The position numbers and the translations under genes were made by a program. A stretch of DNA of 64,000 nucleotides from Thermodesulfobacteriota bacterium (lineage in GTDB: Bacteria > Desulfobacterota_D > UBA1144 > Nemesobacterales > UBA2774), in NCBI GenBank assembly GCA_965223335.1, contig OZ244991.1:2603484-2667483 (forward strand), read 5' to 3'. Below the pieces are notes generated by a model. That model saw only the letters and a program-made list of their open reading frames with translations, searched no databases and was not told the origin of the DNA. Shown in pieces: positions 39,334-50,083 of this stretch (positions are counted from its first letter, which is position 1; each line of letters opens with the position of its first letter).

Positions 39334-40032
39334 TTGAATAATAATATCAAGCTTCTATACATGCTAGTCGTTTTAGGAGCACTAATGTTCTATCCAGATC
39401 AATTATATTCCAAAGAAAAAAATTTCCAAACCATCACAGAAACCGAGAAGATAACCCAAGACACAATATCGTTTCTAAAACAATTAACTTCGCTAGCTGC
39501 AAACAACAACATACCTAGGGATGTAGTCTGTAATGCTATGTGCTTTATTTTGTTCCCCGATATTAAACAAGTAGAGCTCAATAGAGGTTTCGAGGGCAAC
39601 GGGCTATTGAGCTGTTACAGACCCGACTCGAATTCGCTAACACCCCCGCTCTTTTATACTGTAAGTTCGATTAAATCCTACCCCGAAGCCGAGGCGGGTC
39701 TAGTAGTACTGGTCACCGACCCAAAGGGCGTGAGCTCCCTATTTTATAAAGAGACAGATTTAGTAGATGAAAACTCAAGCCCCGGCCCCACAAACAATCA
39801 GTACCCAGACCCTAAAGGTGCCCACTATACTACCTATTACAAACCCATCGATGGCGGAGTTAAAGGAATCAATATAAGCGGCAGCACAATCACCTACGGC
39901 TCTAAAAACACGTTTAAGGTCTATCAATCCGAGATTAACCCGGTCGACCTACTCTATACATCACCATCCATACCCCCGAGCCTAAAAGAGTACCATGACC
40001 TCCTTACGTCCTGGGTAGGACAATGCAAATAA
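39334..40032 (+). CDS. Divergent SYLF/YSC84-like secreted protein
   Basis: IPRDV..NAMCFILFP, FEGNGLLSC, TYY....G..GINISG....N..VY pattern; SD GGAGG. Confidence 0.65.
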   Translation: MNNNIKLLYMLVVLGALMFYPDQLYSKEKNFQTITETEKITQDTISFLKQLTSLAANNNIPRDVVCNAMCFILFPDIKQVELNRGFEGNGLLSCYRPDSNSLTPPLFYTVSSIKSYPEAEAGLVVLVTDPKGVSSLFYKETDLVDENSSPGPTNNQYPDPKGAHYTTYYKPIDGGVKGINISGSTITYGSKNTFKVYQSEINPVDLLYTSPSIPPSLKEYHDLLTSWVGQCK

Positions 40033-40224
40033 CTATCTTCACATAATAGTTGCCAACCCAAATACTAAAAACAATTTCAGTGCAATATCCGGTCTCAGCT
40101 CTGTAATTCTATGTGTAGGACAAATATAAGTGGCAATGATCACAGAATCCGATATATTACTAGTAAAGCTGTAAAATCACACAACCGCCGCCAGGTCTTA
40201 CTTTTTCATTTTCTTAGGATTAGC

Positions 40225-40692
40225 ATGAAGAAACTCTTCGTCCTATTACTACTCCTTACAGGCTGTATAGAGGTCGGTTCCGACTCGAGTGATGGCCTAA
40301 TACAAGGCAAAGTACTTGAAGAGAGAGCTCTTAACGCCGCAGAGATAGCAGAATGGGCCGATCAAGCCGAGTGCATGGAACAAGCCAGCAAGGCCAGTGC
40401 TGAAATAAAGAATTTAAACGCCACTCAAGCTCCCATAGTCAACAAGATTACTATCCGCCAAGAAGTCATATGCGACAACAGGCAAGAGGAAAACCTGGTA
40501 GCCTGTCACACCCAAAACGAGATTGCGATACGAGCCGACCTAAGCGGCGATCAGTATTATAGGATCATACGCCACGAGGCCATCCACTGCATACTGCTGC
40601 TTTTGACCGGGAGCAACGATAAACAGCATCGAACCATATGGTTCGACCCCGAGAACAATCCCTGCCCCGAAACTGACATATTGAATAAATAG
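40225..40692 (+). CDS. Lipoprotein with HExxH zincin-like motif
   Basis: MKKLFVLLLLLTGC lipobox; IIRHEAIHC...H...WF. Confidence 0.7.
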   Translation: MKKLFVLLLLLTGCIEVGSDSSDGLIQGKVLEERALNAAEIAEWADQAECMEQASKASAEIKNLNATQAPIVNKITIRQEVICDNRQEENLVACHTQNEIAIRADLSGDQYYRIIRHEAIHCILLLLTGSNDKQHRTIWFDPENNPCPETDILNK

Positions 40693-40787
40693 GTATACGA
40701 CCTCTCACACAAACCCAGACACAATAAGCTTAAGTATGTACTAAGAATAGGATCTAAAATTTAAGATAAATTAGGGGTGGAATAAGC

Positions 40788-40815
40788 GAGTGCAGGGCAG
40801 GCTTGCCCTGCACTC
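40788..40815. terminator. Strong hairpin downstream of the cold-shock gene
   Basis: GAGTGCAGGGCA-GGCT-TGCCCTGCACTC perfect 12-bp stem. Confidence 0.75.
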
Positions 40816-40822
40816 TAATTTT

Positions 40823-41032
40823 TTATACAGGCACTACATCTTGTGCCTGCGGACCTTTCTGGCCATCTACAACTGTAAACTCTACCTGCTGCCCTTCTTC
40901 CAGGGTGCGATAACCAGTAGCGTTAATCTCGCTGTAATGAACAAAAACGTCGTCTTGATTGTCACGTTCAATGAAACCAAAACCTTTGGTTGAATTGAAC
41001 CACTTTACAGTGCCAATCTCACGTTCAGCCAT
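40823..41032 (-). CDS. Cold-shock protein (CspA family)
   Basis: GTVKWFN..KGFGFI, DVFVHYS, KGPQA; SD GAGGAGG. Confidence 0.97.
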   Translation of the reverse strand: MAEREIGTVKWFNSTKGFGFIERDNQDDVFVHYSEINATGYRTLEEGQQVEFTVVDGQKGPQAQDVVPV

Positions 41033-41313
41033 GTGGTAACCTCCTCATTTAATATTGGTTATGCTAGTGGTTCAAATCTGTTTAGATGGTGTATCTTAAA
41101 TCGGACTGGAACTACTGCTACCAATTTTAAAATTAGCATAGTTGTTAGACGTCGTCAACACTGAATTTTATATAAAATATACATATCAGTTCATTTATCG
41201 GATCTGCAAGTAGTGTAAATGAGCTTGCTTAGCAAAGTCGTAACATCAAATAACCCTCTTATCCGATATCACATGAACCTTATATTCTCAAACAATCCGA
41301 ATGACTCAAATGC

Positions 41314-42735
41314 TTAACGAGGTTTTATGTTATGATTGAGCCTAAACAAATTCATAGGATCATATTTCGTCTTCAGATCCACCAGTTTTTCATAATGTGC
41401 ACCGTAGGCCTCTTTTACCCTGTCCGATTCTTCATGGGTCATGAAATTTACATAAGCTGTCCCGGTCGCGTGTTGGAGTGTGCTTTCATAGAACTCGCGC
41501 GCCCAAGATATGCATTTATCGTCATCTGCCGCCGAGTCCCATCGCGCATGGACGTTTAGTACAAACTTGACATCCCTCCGAGAAAACGCCGTAGCACCCG
41601 GGTCAATCCTCTCCGTTGCACCCCCTAGCAGCCCAATGAATATCTCGCACTGCGGGTCGGGCAGCTTGCTTGCATACTCGATCATCGAATCCAGCGCACT
41701 CTCTTTTAGTTCCGAGAAATTATGCGTCTTCCAGTAGTTCCTTGCCCCGGGAGTTAGAAGCGGGTCAAACGCCTGCTGCCAGCCCACATACGGAAGCACG
41801 CCCACATGTTCCCCATGCATATTCCCAAATCCCCTAAGCGGAGCAATCTCTGCCTCTCCATCCTTAGGGTCGCCTGCATAACACATTGCCAAGACCACAA
41901 CCTCTTTGCCGTGCACATCCTCGGGCAAAAACGGCAGCGGCGGGGCCTTACGCAGCACTACCCATACATTTAGATCGTCGGTCATTGACTCCGAATAGTC
42001 ATGATACTTTTTTAATATTGTATCGGCCTGGTCGAAATCAAAAACCATAAGCCCTGCAAGCACCTCGGGCCCGACCTCATATAGATTAAATTCGAATAAT
42101 GTCACAACCCCAAAATTACCACCGCCCCCGCGCAGAGCCCAAAACAGATCAGGGTTTTCCTGCGCACTCGCTTTCATAAAGCTGCCGTCGGCCGTTACAA
42201 GATCCACTGAAACCAAGTTGTCTACGGTCAATCCGTATTTTCTACTCAACCACCCGAACCCTCCTCCTAATGTCAGCCCTGCAACCCCTGTAGTCGAGTT
42301 AATACCCACAGGTGTCGCAAGCCCGAAAGCCTGCGTCTCGTGGTCAAGGTCGCCCAATATTGCACCCGGCTCTACATATACTTTCTTTATCCCCGGATCC
42401 ACCCTCACCGACTTCATCTGCGATAGGTCAATGAGCAAGCCTCCATCGTTCAATGCATTGCCGGCAATATTGTGTCCCCCTCCCTTTACAGAAACCAACA
42501 CACCGTTTTCCCTTGCAAAGTTAACAGAGTCAATCACATCCTTTGTACCCACACACCTTGCTATCATTCCCGGTTTCCGGTCTATCATTGCATTCCATAT
42601 CGATCTACCCTCTTCATAACCCTCATCCCCGGGCATACACAACTGCCCCCTGAATCCCGCTTGTAAGCCCTCAACAGCTTCCTCAGAAACCTCTACAGCT
42701 CCCCCTTCCAAAGCGCTAAGTGTTATATTTCCCAT
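41314..42735 (-). CDS. FAD-binding oxidoreductase (berberine-bridge/VAO-type)
   Basis: KGGGHN FAD-His motif, GVAGLTLGGG.G, LFWALRGGGGNFGVVT, KYDP.NLFR.NHNI. Confidence 0.93.
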   Translation of the reverse strand: MGNITLSALEGGAVEVSEEAVEGLQAGFRGQLCMPGDEGYEEGRSIWNAMIDRKPGMIARCVGTKDVIDSVNFARENGVLVSVKGGGHNIAGNALNDGGLLIDLSQMKSVRVDPGIKKVYVEPGAILGDLDHETQAFGLATPVGINSTTGVAGLTLGGGFGWLSRKYGLTVDNLVSVDLVTADGSFMKASAQENPDLFWALRGGGGNFGVVTLFEFNLYEVGPEVLAGLMVFDFDQADTILKKYHDYSESMTDDLNVWVVLRKAPPLPFLPEDVHGKEVVVLAMCYAGDPKDGEAEIAPLRGFGNMHGEHVGVLPYVGWQQAFDPLLTPGARNYWKTHNFSELKESALDSMIEYASKLPDPQCEIFIGLLGGATERIDPGATAFSRRDVKFVLNVHARWDSAADDDKCISWAREFYESTLQHATGTAYVNFMTHEESDRVKEAYGAHYEKLVDLKTKYDPMNLFRLNHNIKPR

Positions 42736-42921
42736 AATTCCCTCCCCTAATATATTTTTATTGTTTAATTCGTTCTTTATGGATGTGAATTTCAGGAGCG
42801 TAATAATGTATATCTATCATATCTAATATCTAATTATCATAATTACTCATATTTCATGAGTTCTTTTTAGACTATAGTATAATATTTGAGTAATTACAAT
42901 TAGTAAATATGGGGCGTATCT

Positions 42922-43569
42922 ATGCTTATCAAAAGGGGTATCATGAACGATGTTAATATCATATTCTGTGTCGTATTAATCTCAGCATCTATAACATTTC
43001 AACAAACCTCAATCGCACAATCCACCGAGGTCAAACTCAATGTATACGCTGTGAACTATCCCCTAGAGTACTTCGCCCAACGTATAGGGGGCGTTCAAGA
43101 AAAGGTCAATTTCCCAATACCCGAGACTGAGAACCCGGCAACCAGGACACCTACGTCGGATGTCATAAGAGAGTACCAAAAGACCGACATAATCCTTCTA
43201 AACGGGGCGGGTTATGCCAAATGGATCGAGATGGCGACACTTCCTGCTTCAAAGCTCGTAAACACATCATCCGAGTTTAAAGACCGCGACATTACTGTTG
43301 AGAACGCAGTATCCCACTCGCATGGAAATCAAGAAAGACACTAACACCCCGCTTAGCACAGACACCCTCGACCACTCAAAACACGAGCTTGATCACAGCC
43401 CTGCAAAGTGGATGCTTTTCTAAACCGAACCCTCAGAGGAACTGGAAGGTCAGTTGAATCAGGTTGGTGTGGGTAGTATAGTGTACCCGCTATGCGCTAA
43501 CAAACCTGAGAACGGGGATTATCTATCGGAGATGGAAAAAATATCGAGAACTTATCCAGAGCCTATTAA
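42922..43569 (+). pseudogene. Degraded ZnuA/TroA-type metal ABC substrate-binding protein
   Basis: N-part NYPLEYFAQRIGG...DIILLNGAGYAKW...HSHG stops at 43344. C-terminal remnant HSPAKWMLF*TEPSEE...CANKPENGDYLSEME../IENLSRAY* follows, with the middle missing. Confidence 0.8.
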
Positions 43570-43602
43570 AAGCATCTTGCTCATTTCATTCCTGTGATTC
43601 TG

Positions 43603-44184
43603 TTAACTTGTAAAAAACTTGTGTTTATCCTTCAGATACTTAAGTCCGTCCGACGCGTCCCCGAGTGGAACTGCAAACTCACCAACGATGTAGAGATATA
43701 ATATGCGGCTTCTCATCTCTGACTCCTTCTTAGTGAAACCCATTGACCTAAACAATCCGCTTATAAAGGACAATCGTTTCTGATCTACTCTCTTTACAAC
43801 GATCTCCGCTATTTCGTCAAAAGCCGCCCAGGCTCGTACATCACGGTCGTATTTTCCCGACTCTTCTTTTAGCACAAGACGCATAAACTCGTATAAGCAC
43901 TCTTTGGGGTCTTTTGATTTCGCCTTGGCCTTTTCAATCACTACAGTAGTTAATTCCTCTTCCCAGTATTTCGCAAGACTTATCAAAAAATCGTTACGGT
44001 GTTTAAAGTGCCAGTAAAAACTGCCTTTAGTTACCCCCATGTACTTTGCAAGAGGTTCAATATTTAACCCTCTTAGTCCGTACAAACTCAGAGACTCTAA
44101 CCCACACCTGAGCCAATCCTCACGAGTAAACTGTTTTTCCTTAGCTACCAGAGTTTTAAGCTTCACATTTTTTTTAACACTCAT
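43603..44184 (-). CDS. TetR/AcrR family regulator
   Basis: TREDWL..G...L...G...LNIEPLAKYMGVTKGSFYWHFK HTH. Confidence 0.93.
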   Translation of the reverse strand: MSVKKNVKLKTLVAKEKQFTREDWLRCGLESLSLYGLRGLNIEPLAKYMGVTKGSFYWHFKHRNDFLISLAKYWEEELTTVVIEKAKAKSKDPKECLYEFMRLVLKEESGKYDRDVRAWAAFDEIAEIVVKRVDQKRLSFISGLFRSMGFTKKESEMRSRILYLYIVGEFAVPLGDASDGLKYLKDKHKFFTS

Positions 44185-44710
44185 CGGTTTTTATTGCTTT
44201 GCCTCCCCATGCCCCATACCCTACAGTATTGACATTGCAGTATATATTCTACTATAATCATTAATACTTATTAATACATGCTACTACATGTTGTCAAATA
44301 TTAATAGTTGTTATATCTAAATTGGGCAATTAATGGGACCACTTACAAACTCTCTACTCTCGCTATCAAAAATTAAAATTTACAGGAAGATATGCAATCA
44401 AATTCTTCAATGGAGTAAGAAGCACGGAAAAATTTAACTTAGACCGGCTATTTTTCTTGGTAATCTGCAGTGAATTTTTTTCTCATTTTCTAACTATTCG
44501 AGTCACGTCGAGCAAACTAAATTCACCCTATGAGGGCTTCTGGGGCTGACGATATTGAGTTTCGAGATTTTGATAATTTTAGTGGTAAGCCTAGTCATCT
44601 CGGGGGCTATGCTTCTAATTACAAAGAGTTATGTTAATGAGTTTATCGAAATATTTATTATTTGACCCACAGCACACATAAAATTATTATAATACGGTGC
44701 TGGATCTATA

Positions 44711-44726
44711 CTGAACGGCCGATCAG
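44711..44726. promoter_or_regulatory. Putative TetR operator (copy before tetR)
   Basis: CTGAAC-GGCC-GATCAG just downstream of the TTGACC-17-TATTAT promoter (44662-44690). Confidence 0.55.
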
Positions 44727-44776
44727 CACTATAATATTAGGTGATTCAGAAATTATCGGTATCGGTTTATTAATCA

Positions 44777-45418
44777 ATGGAGATTTTGATGAGTCAGGCT
44801 ACAAAGCAGATCGAGTCCTCAGTAAAAGACCCCCAACTCATTGAGACCAGGCGAAAAGAGATCGTGAACGCCGCTGTAGAGCTCTTTGTCCGCAAGGGGT
44901 TCCATAAAACAACTATTAGAGAGATAGCCCAAAAATTCGGCATGAGTGTGGGCACACTATACGAATACATCACTACAAAGGAAGATATTCTGTTCCTGGT
45001 ATGTGATCACATCCACTCCACTGTAAGGATGAGGGTTACACCCGAGTTGGCGATAACACAGGACAATAGTGAGACACTTGCCAATGCAATCGCCATATAT
45101 TACAAGATAATTGACGAACTCCAGGACTATATAATATTCTTATACCAAGAGACCAAATCACTATCTCAAGAGAACAGAAAATATATATTTAAAGCCGAAC
45201 AAGACATGACCCGCATATTCGAAGACATCCTCAAAAGAGGCATCGAATTAGGCCAGTTCTCTATAGAGGAAAGACAAGCACCACTCATAGCCCACAACAT
45301 AATGGTGCTCGGGCAGATGTGGGCATTCAGGAGATGGGTTTTACAAAAACACTATACACTCGACAGATATATCAAGCTGCAAAGCAACATAGTTCTAAAA
45401 GAAGTAACCAAAAAATAA
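44777..45418 (+). CDS. TetR/AcrR family regulator upstream of icmF
   Basis: RRKEIVNAAVELFVRKGFHKTTIREIAQKFGMSVGTLYEYI; MWAFRRW. Alternative start 44789. Confidence 0.94.
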   Translation: MEILMSQATKQIESSVKDPQLIETRRKEIVNAAVELFVRKGFHKTTIREIAQKFGMSVGTLYEYITTKEDILFLVCDHIHSTVRMRVTPELAITQDNSETLANAIAIYYKIIDELQDYIIFLYQETKSLSQENRKYIFKAEQDMTRIFEDILKRGIELGQFSIEERQAPLIAHNIMVLGQMWAFRRWVLQKHYTLDRYIKLQSNIVLKEVTKK

Positions 45419-45586
45419 ATATTTCTTCTACATTATCTTGGCATGATTCAACTGAATACCCATTCAATACAAAAAATACACCAAAACATCAATCGCTATC
45501 ATAATATTCTCAATGATAGCATGCTGTTATATAATTTACCAGAAGACACCTATTGACATATCTTAATAGTATCAACTATTATTATG

Positions 45587-45602
45587 CTGAACATTCGTTC
45601 AG
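45587..45602. promoter_or_regulatory. Putative TetR operator (copy before icmF)
   Basis: Perfect arms CTGAAC-ATTC-GTTCAG just downstream of TTGACA(45553)-18-TATTAT(45577). Confidence 0.65.
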
Positions 45603-45626
45603 TATAATAATGCGTTATCTAACATC

Positions 45627-48600
45627 ATGTCCCAAACAGACCTGGACGAGAGAATCAGTAGCGCTTACAATCCCAAAAACAAGATACGTATAGTATCCGC
45701 CACCTCCCTATTCGACGGCCACGACACAGCTATAAATATAATGCGGAGGATATTGCAATCCCGAGGAGCCGAAGTCATACACGTCGGGCATAACCGCTCT
45801 GCCCAAGAGATCGCAGATGCCGCAATCGAGGAAGATGCCCATGCAATCGCACTCACATCCTACCAGGGCGGGCACCTGGAGTTTTTCAAATACGTATACG
45901 ACCTGCTCGGGGCACAGGATTCGAATCATATCAAAATCTTCGGCGGTGGTGGGGGTACGATTCTTCCCCAAGAGATAGAAGAACTCCACGCCTACGGAAT
46001 TGCCCGCATTTACACACCAGACGACGGCAGAGCCATGGGGCTTGAAGGCATGATAAGCAATATGCTCGGCCAAATCGACTACCCGAACGGCAATCCTGAC
46101 AAACAGAATATTCTTAGTACCATCCGTGACTCTTACAAACAGCTACCCGACACACATACTCGCAGCACACAAGGAATTCCAATCAAGGCACTAAGCCAAC
46201 TGATATCGGCTGTCGAGAACAATCAAGATGCGTCCATATCGTTTATTGATCATATTAAGAATATAGTTCCCGAGCTACCCAAAACCCCAGTGCTGGGTAT
46301 TACAGGTACGGGTGGAGCAGGTAAATCCTCCATAGTCGATGAACTGGTTCGGCGTTTTCTAAACGATTACGATGACCAAACAGTTGCGATAATCTCGGTT
46401 GACCCTTCAAAGAGACGGACCGGAGGGGCACTCCTTGGCGACAGGATTCGGATGAACTCCATAAACGACGATCGGGTCTTTATGCGCTCGGTCGCCACCC
46501 GACAATCTAACCTTGCACTATCCAAAGCCGTCCCCGATATCATAAACATACTAAAATTTGCGGGGTACGATCTCATAGTGCTCGAGACCTCCGGCATCGG
46601 CCAGTCCGATTCAGAGATCGTCGAGCTGTCCGACCTTTCTGTATATGTCATGACCCCTGAGTACGGCGCACCCACACAGCTAGAAAAAATCGTCATGCTC
46701 GATTACGCAGACATAGTGGCAATAAACAAGTTCGACCAGAAAGGAGCCGGCGATGCGCTTAGGGATGTTCGCAAACAGTACAAGCGCAATAATAATCTAT
46801 GGGACACGGATGATAGCAAGCTCCCTATATATGGTACGGTAGCATCCAAGTTTAACGACCCGGGCACAGACACCCTATGGCGGGCGATAAAAGACCGGAT
46901 CTTGCAGAGTGCCAACACCAATGTCCTGCACATCACAAATACCTCGACAATTACAAGTGATTACACTCATATTATCCCGCACGATAGAATCCGTTATCTG
47001 TCCGAGATCTCAGATACTGTACGTAAGTACAATAGCTGGGTAGATGAACAAGCAGAGGTGATGCAAAAGCTCTATGGGATACGATTAACAATTGATAATT
47101 TAAAAAAAGATAAAGATTCTGATAACGACATAATCTGTGCCGAGTTAGAAGCTCTGTATGAGAATGAGAGTACTCGCCTAGATCCGGGGAACAAAAAAAT
47201 AGTTGGGGAGTGGACCAATAAAACAAACAACTACGCTGAAGATACCTTCACATACAAGGTGAGAGACACGGACATACAAATTGAGACCTACACCACATCG
47301 CTCAGCTCAACACGCATACCCCGCGTCTCACTGCCCAAATTCAAGTCCCACGGCGATATACTACGCTGGGTATTGCAGGAAAACGTCCCGGGCGAGTTCC
47401 CCTATACCGCAGGCGTGTACCCGTTCAAACGAACCGACGAAGACCCAACTCGGATGTTTGCCGGCGAGGGCGGGCCCGAGCGCACCAATAAGAGGTTCCA
47501 CTACCTCTCTCTGGACACCCCTAGCAAAAGACTCTCCACAGCATTCGATTCTGTCACGCTATACGGGGAAGACCCCGATTACCGGCCTGATATATACGGC
47601 AAGATCGGCAACTCAGGAGTATCCGTCGCATGTCTAGACGATGCCAAGAGACTCTACAGTGGGTTTAACCTCGCAGACCCTTCCACATCCGTCTCTATGA
47701 CCATTAACGGCCCCGCTGCCACAGTGCTCGCATTTTTCATGAACACCGCTATTGACCAGCAATGCGAGCTATACATCAGACAAAACGGCCTTGAAAACGA
47801 GACAAAGAACAAGATTCAAAACATCTATTCAAAGTACTCCGAGCCCGTACCTAAATATAACGGCACCTTACCTCAAGGTAACGACGGCCTCGGTCTATTA
47901 CTCTTAGGTGTCACAGGTGACCAGGTCATACCCAAGGAGGTCTATGATCGCATCAAGGTAGATACGCTTACCAAGATACGCGGCACCGTTCAGGCCGATA
48001 TCCTAAAAGAGGATCAAGCTCAAAACACCTGTATATTTTCCACCGAGTTCTCGCTTAGACTCCAGGGCGACATACAGCAGTACTTTATTGATCACGATAT
48101 AAACAACTTCTACTCTGTGTCTATTTCGGGCTATCACATGGCCGAGGCCGGTGCCAACCCCATCACACAACTCGCATTCACTCTGGCAAATGGGTTTACG
48201 TTTCTAGAGTTCTTTAGATCAAGGGGCATGGACATTGACGAGTTCGCCCCCAATTTCTCGTTCTTTTTCTCAAACGGCCTTGAGCCCGAATACACAGTAA
48301 TAGGCAGAGTGGCAAGACGCATCTGGGCCAAAGCACTCAGATTAAAATATGGTGCAAACGAACGCTCTCAAAAACTCAAATACCATATACAAACCTCGGG
48401 CCGCTCGCTCCACGCCCAGGAGATTTCGTTTAACGACATAAGGAGCACGCTCCAGGCCCTAAACGCAATCTATGACAACTGCAACTCACTGCACACCAAT
48501 GCCTATGACGAGGCCATTACCACCCCCACCGAGGAGTCCGTACGCAGGGCACTTGCCATACAGCTCATAATCAACAGGGAGCTTGGCTCTGCCAAAAATG

Positions 48601-49079
48601 AAAACCCCCTGCAGGGATCGTTTTTTATCGAGCAGCTTACAGACCTGGTAGAGAGTGCAGTGCTAGAAGAATTCGACAGACTCACAGAGAGAGGTGGCGT
48701 GCTGGGGGCAATGGAAAAGATGTACCAGCGGGCCAAGATCCAAGAAGAGTCCATCCACTACGAAACACTCAAAAACAGCGGGGAGTATCCAGTGGTGGGT
48801 GTGAACACGTTTTTATCAGACGACGGCTCACCCACAATTACCCCAAACGAGGTCATACGCTCCACTACAGACGAAAAAAATATGCAAGTGGACAATGCCG
48901 CATCCGTGCAAAAGCGTTTTGCTGCTCAATCCACCAAGTTGATAGAGTATCTCCAAAGCGTGGCTATTAACAACGAGAATATCTTCGAGGCACTGTTGGA
49001 AGCTACGAAATACTGCACTCTCGGCCAGATCACACATGCGCTATACGATGTCGGCGGCCAGTATAGAAGGAATATGTAG
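45627..49079 (+). CDS. icmF: Fused isobutyryl-CoA mutase / MeaI GTPase (AdoCbl-dependent)
   Basis: B12-binding FDGHD at the N-terminus; [17 protein letters not shown] GTPase motifs; mutase [29 protein letters not shown]. Confidence 0.95.
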   Translation: MSQTDLDERISSAYNPKNKIRIVSATSLFDGHDTAINIMRRILQSRGAEVIHVGHNRSAQEIADAAIEEDAHAIALTSYQGGHLEFFKYVYDLLGAQDSNHIKIFGGGGGTILPQEIEELHAYGIARIYTPDDGRAMGLEGMISNMLGQIDYPNGNPDKQNILSTIRDSYKQLPDTHTRSTQGIPIKALSQLISAVENNQDASISFIDHIKNIVPELPKTPVLGITGTGGAGKSSIVDELVRRFLNDYDDQTVAIISVDPSKRRTGGALLGDRIRMNSINDDRVFMRSVATRQSNLALSKAVPDIINILKFAGYDLIVLETSGIGQSDSEIVELSDLSVYVMTPEYGAPTQLEKIVMLDYADIVAINKFDQKGAGDALRDVRKQYKRNNNLWDTDDSKLPIYGTVASKFNDPGTDTLWRAIKDRILQSANTNVLHITNTSTITSDYTHIIPHDRIRYLSEISDTVRKYNSWVDEQAEVMQKLYGIRLTIDNLKKDKDSDNDIICAELEALYENESTRLDPGNKKIVGEWTNKTNNYAEDTFTYKVRDTDIQIETYTTSLSSTRIPRVSLPKFKSHGDILRWVLQENVPGEFPYTAGVYPFKRTDEDPTRMFAGEGGPERTNKRFHYLSLDTPSKRLSTAFDSVTLYGEDPDYRPDIYGKIGNSGVSVACLDDAKRLYSGFNLADPSTSVSMTINGPAATVLAFFMNTAIDQQCELYIRQNGLENETKNKIQNIYSKYSEPVPKYNGTLPQGNDGLGLLLLGVTGDQVIPKEVYDRIKVDTLTKIRGTVQADILKEDQAQNTCIFSTEFSLRLQGDIQQYFIDHDINNFYSVSISGYHMAEAGANPITQLAFTLANGFTFLEFFRSRGMDIDEFAPNFSFFFSNGLEPEYTVIGRVARRIWAKALRLKYGANERSQKLKYHIQTSGRSLHAQEISFNDIRSTLQALNAIYDNCNSLHTNAYDEAITTPTEESVRRALAIQLIINRELGSAKNENPLQGSFFIEQLTDLVESAVLEEFDRLTERGGVLGAMEKMYQRAKIQEESIHYETLKNSGEYPVVGVNTFLSDDGSPTITPNEVIRSTTDEKNMQVDNAASVQKRFAAQSTKLIEYLQSVAINNENIFEALLEATKYCTLGQITHALYDVGGQYRRNM

Positions 49080-49105
49080 TAATTAAGGGTAAGATAAGCG
49101 CAGTT

Positions 49106-49636
49106 CTAGTTTCCATTAGCACATGGGGGCCTGACGGGAGCCCAGCAAAATCCACAGGAAGTATCCTCTACATTCACCCCCGGGATATTTATAAACAATG
49201 TAAGCCCACCAGGTAATATAGGTTCTATACTGTCTAGTGTCCCAACCATTTTACCCTTTATATTCTCACCGTTTTGATCTTGAACGATTTCAAACAAATT
49301 TATCGTGCTACAACTTACAAATTCAGGGATGAAGGTCTCCCCTACTCCATCAACACGGAACTGGGTACCTATTCCTTGTGCCGCTTCTTCTTGAGAGACC
49401 AATAATGACGAGAACTCTATACTAAATTCTTGGGTCCTCAAATCACTCGTGCATTCATCGCACCCAAACCGTTGACCATCCATACTTAAAAATTCAGCAA
49501 TACAAGTGATCCCACTAAAGTCGATCCCAATACATTCTTCACCATCGCCTGAATCACTAGAATTACATGCGACAGTTAGCGCAATGCATATCATCAAGAG
49601 TAGTCTATAGGCCATATCCAATTTTATTTTCTCCAT
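49106..49636 (-). CDS. Cysteine-containing hypothetical lipoprotein
   Basis: LTVAC lipobox; several additional Cys. Confidence 0.7.
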   Translation of the reverse strand: MEKIKLDMAYRLLLMICIALTVACNSSDSGDGEECIGIDFSGITCIAEFLSMDGQRFGCDECTSDLRTQEFSIEFSSLLVSQEEAAQGIGTQFRVDGVGETFIPEFVSCSTINLFEIVQDQNGENIKGKMVGTLDSIEPILPGGLTLFINIPGVNVEDTSCGFCWAPVRPPCANGN

Positions 49637-50083
49637 AATTATATCAATAACAAATATAATAATAATTTACAGTTGCTATATTTAGTATCAAGATTGCCGA
49701 ATCTATCTTATAATATAAATTTCCATATCCTCACACTCTCGATATCACACTTACTAAACTGCGGGTGTATGTGGAGCTATTTGCTTATGTTATTTTCTTA
49801 TATATAGATTGCTTAGATTCGTGGCCAGTACAGAAGAAACATGTAAAGATTTTAACTAGTTAGCGGATTGTTCTAGCATTTGAACTACACTCAATCTCAA
49901 CCTAAAGCTCCGTTTTCTCAGTATAGACTGAATCCAAACAACCTTCTATTACACATCGGTGTTTGTTACCGACTGGTATAACGGTTATAATTCTCGATCT
50001 TTGATAGTTAAACAGTATTAATGATAATGTATAGTAATCAGAGATAAAATATATCAGATAGCTAATCTTTAAGAGGCCGATAC

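Noticed and set aside
44400..44665. Hydrophobic reading-frame fragments between the two TetR genes
   Set aside because: May be a decayed membrane-protein gene, but there is no start, family motif or continuous frame to support a call.
45419..45626. Cobalamin riboswitch before icmF
   Set aside because: Region is AT-rich and short, with no B12-box or GGGAA core; it is explained by promoter plus operator.
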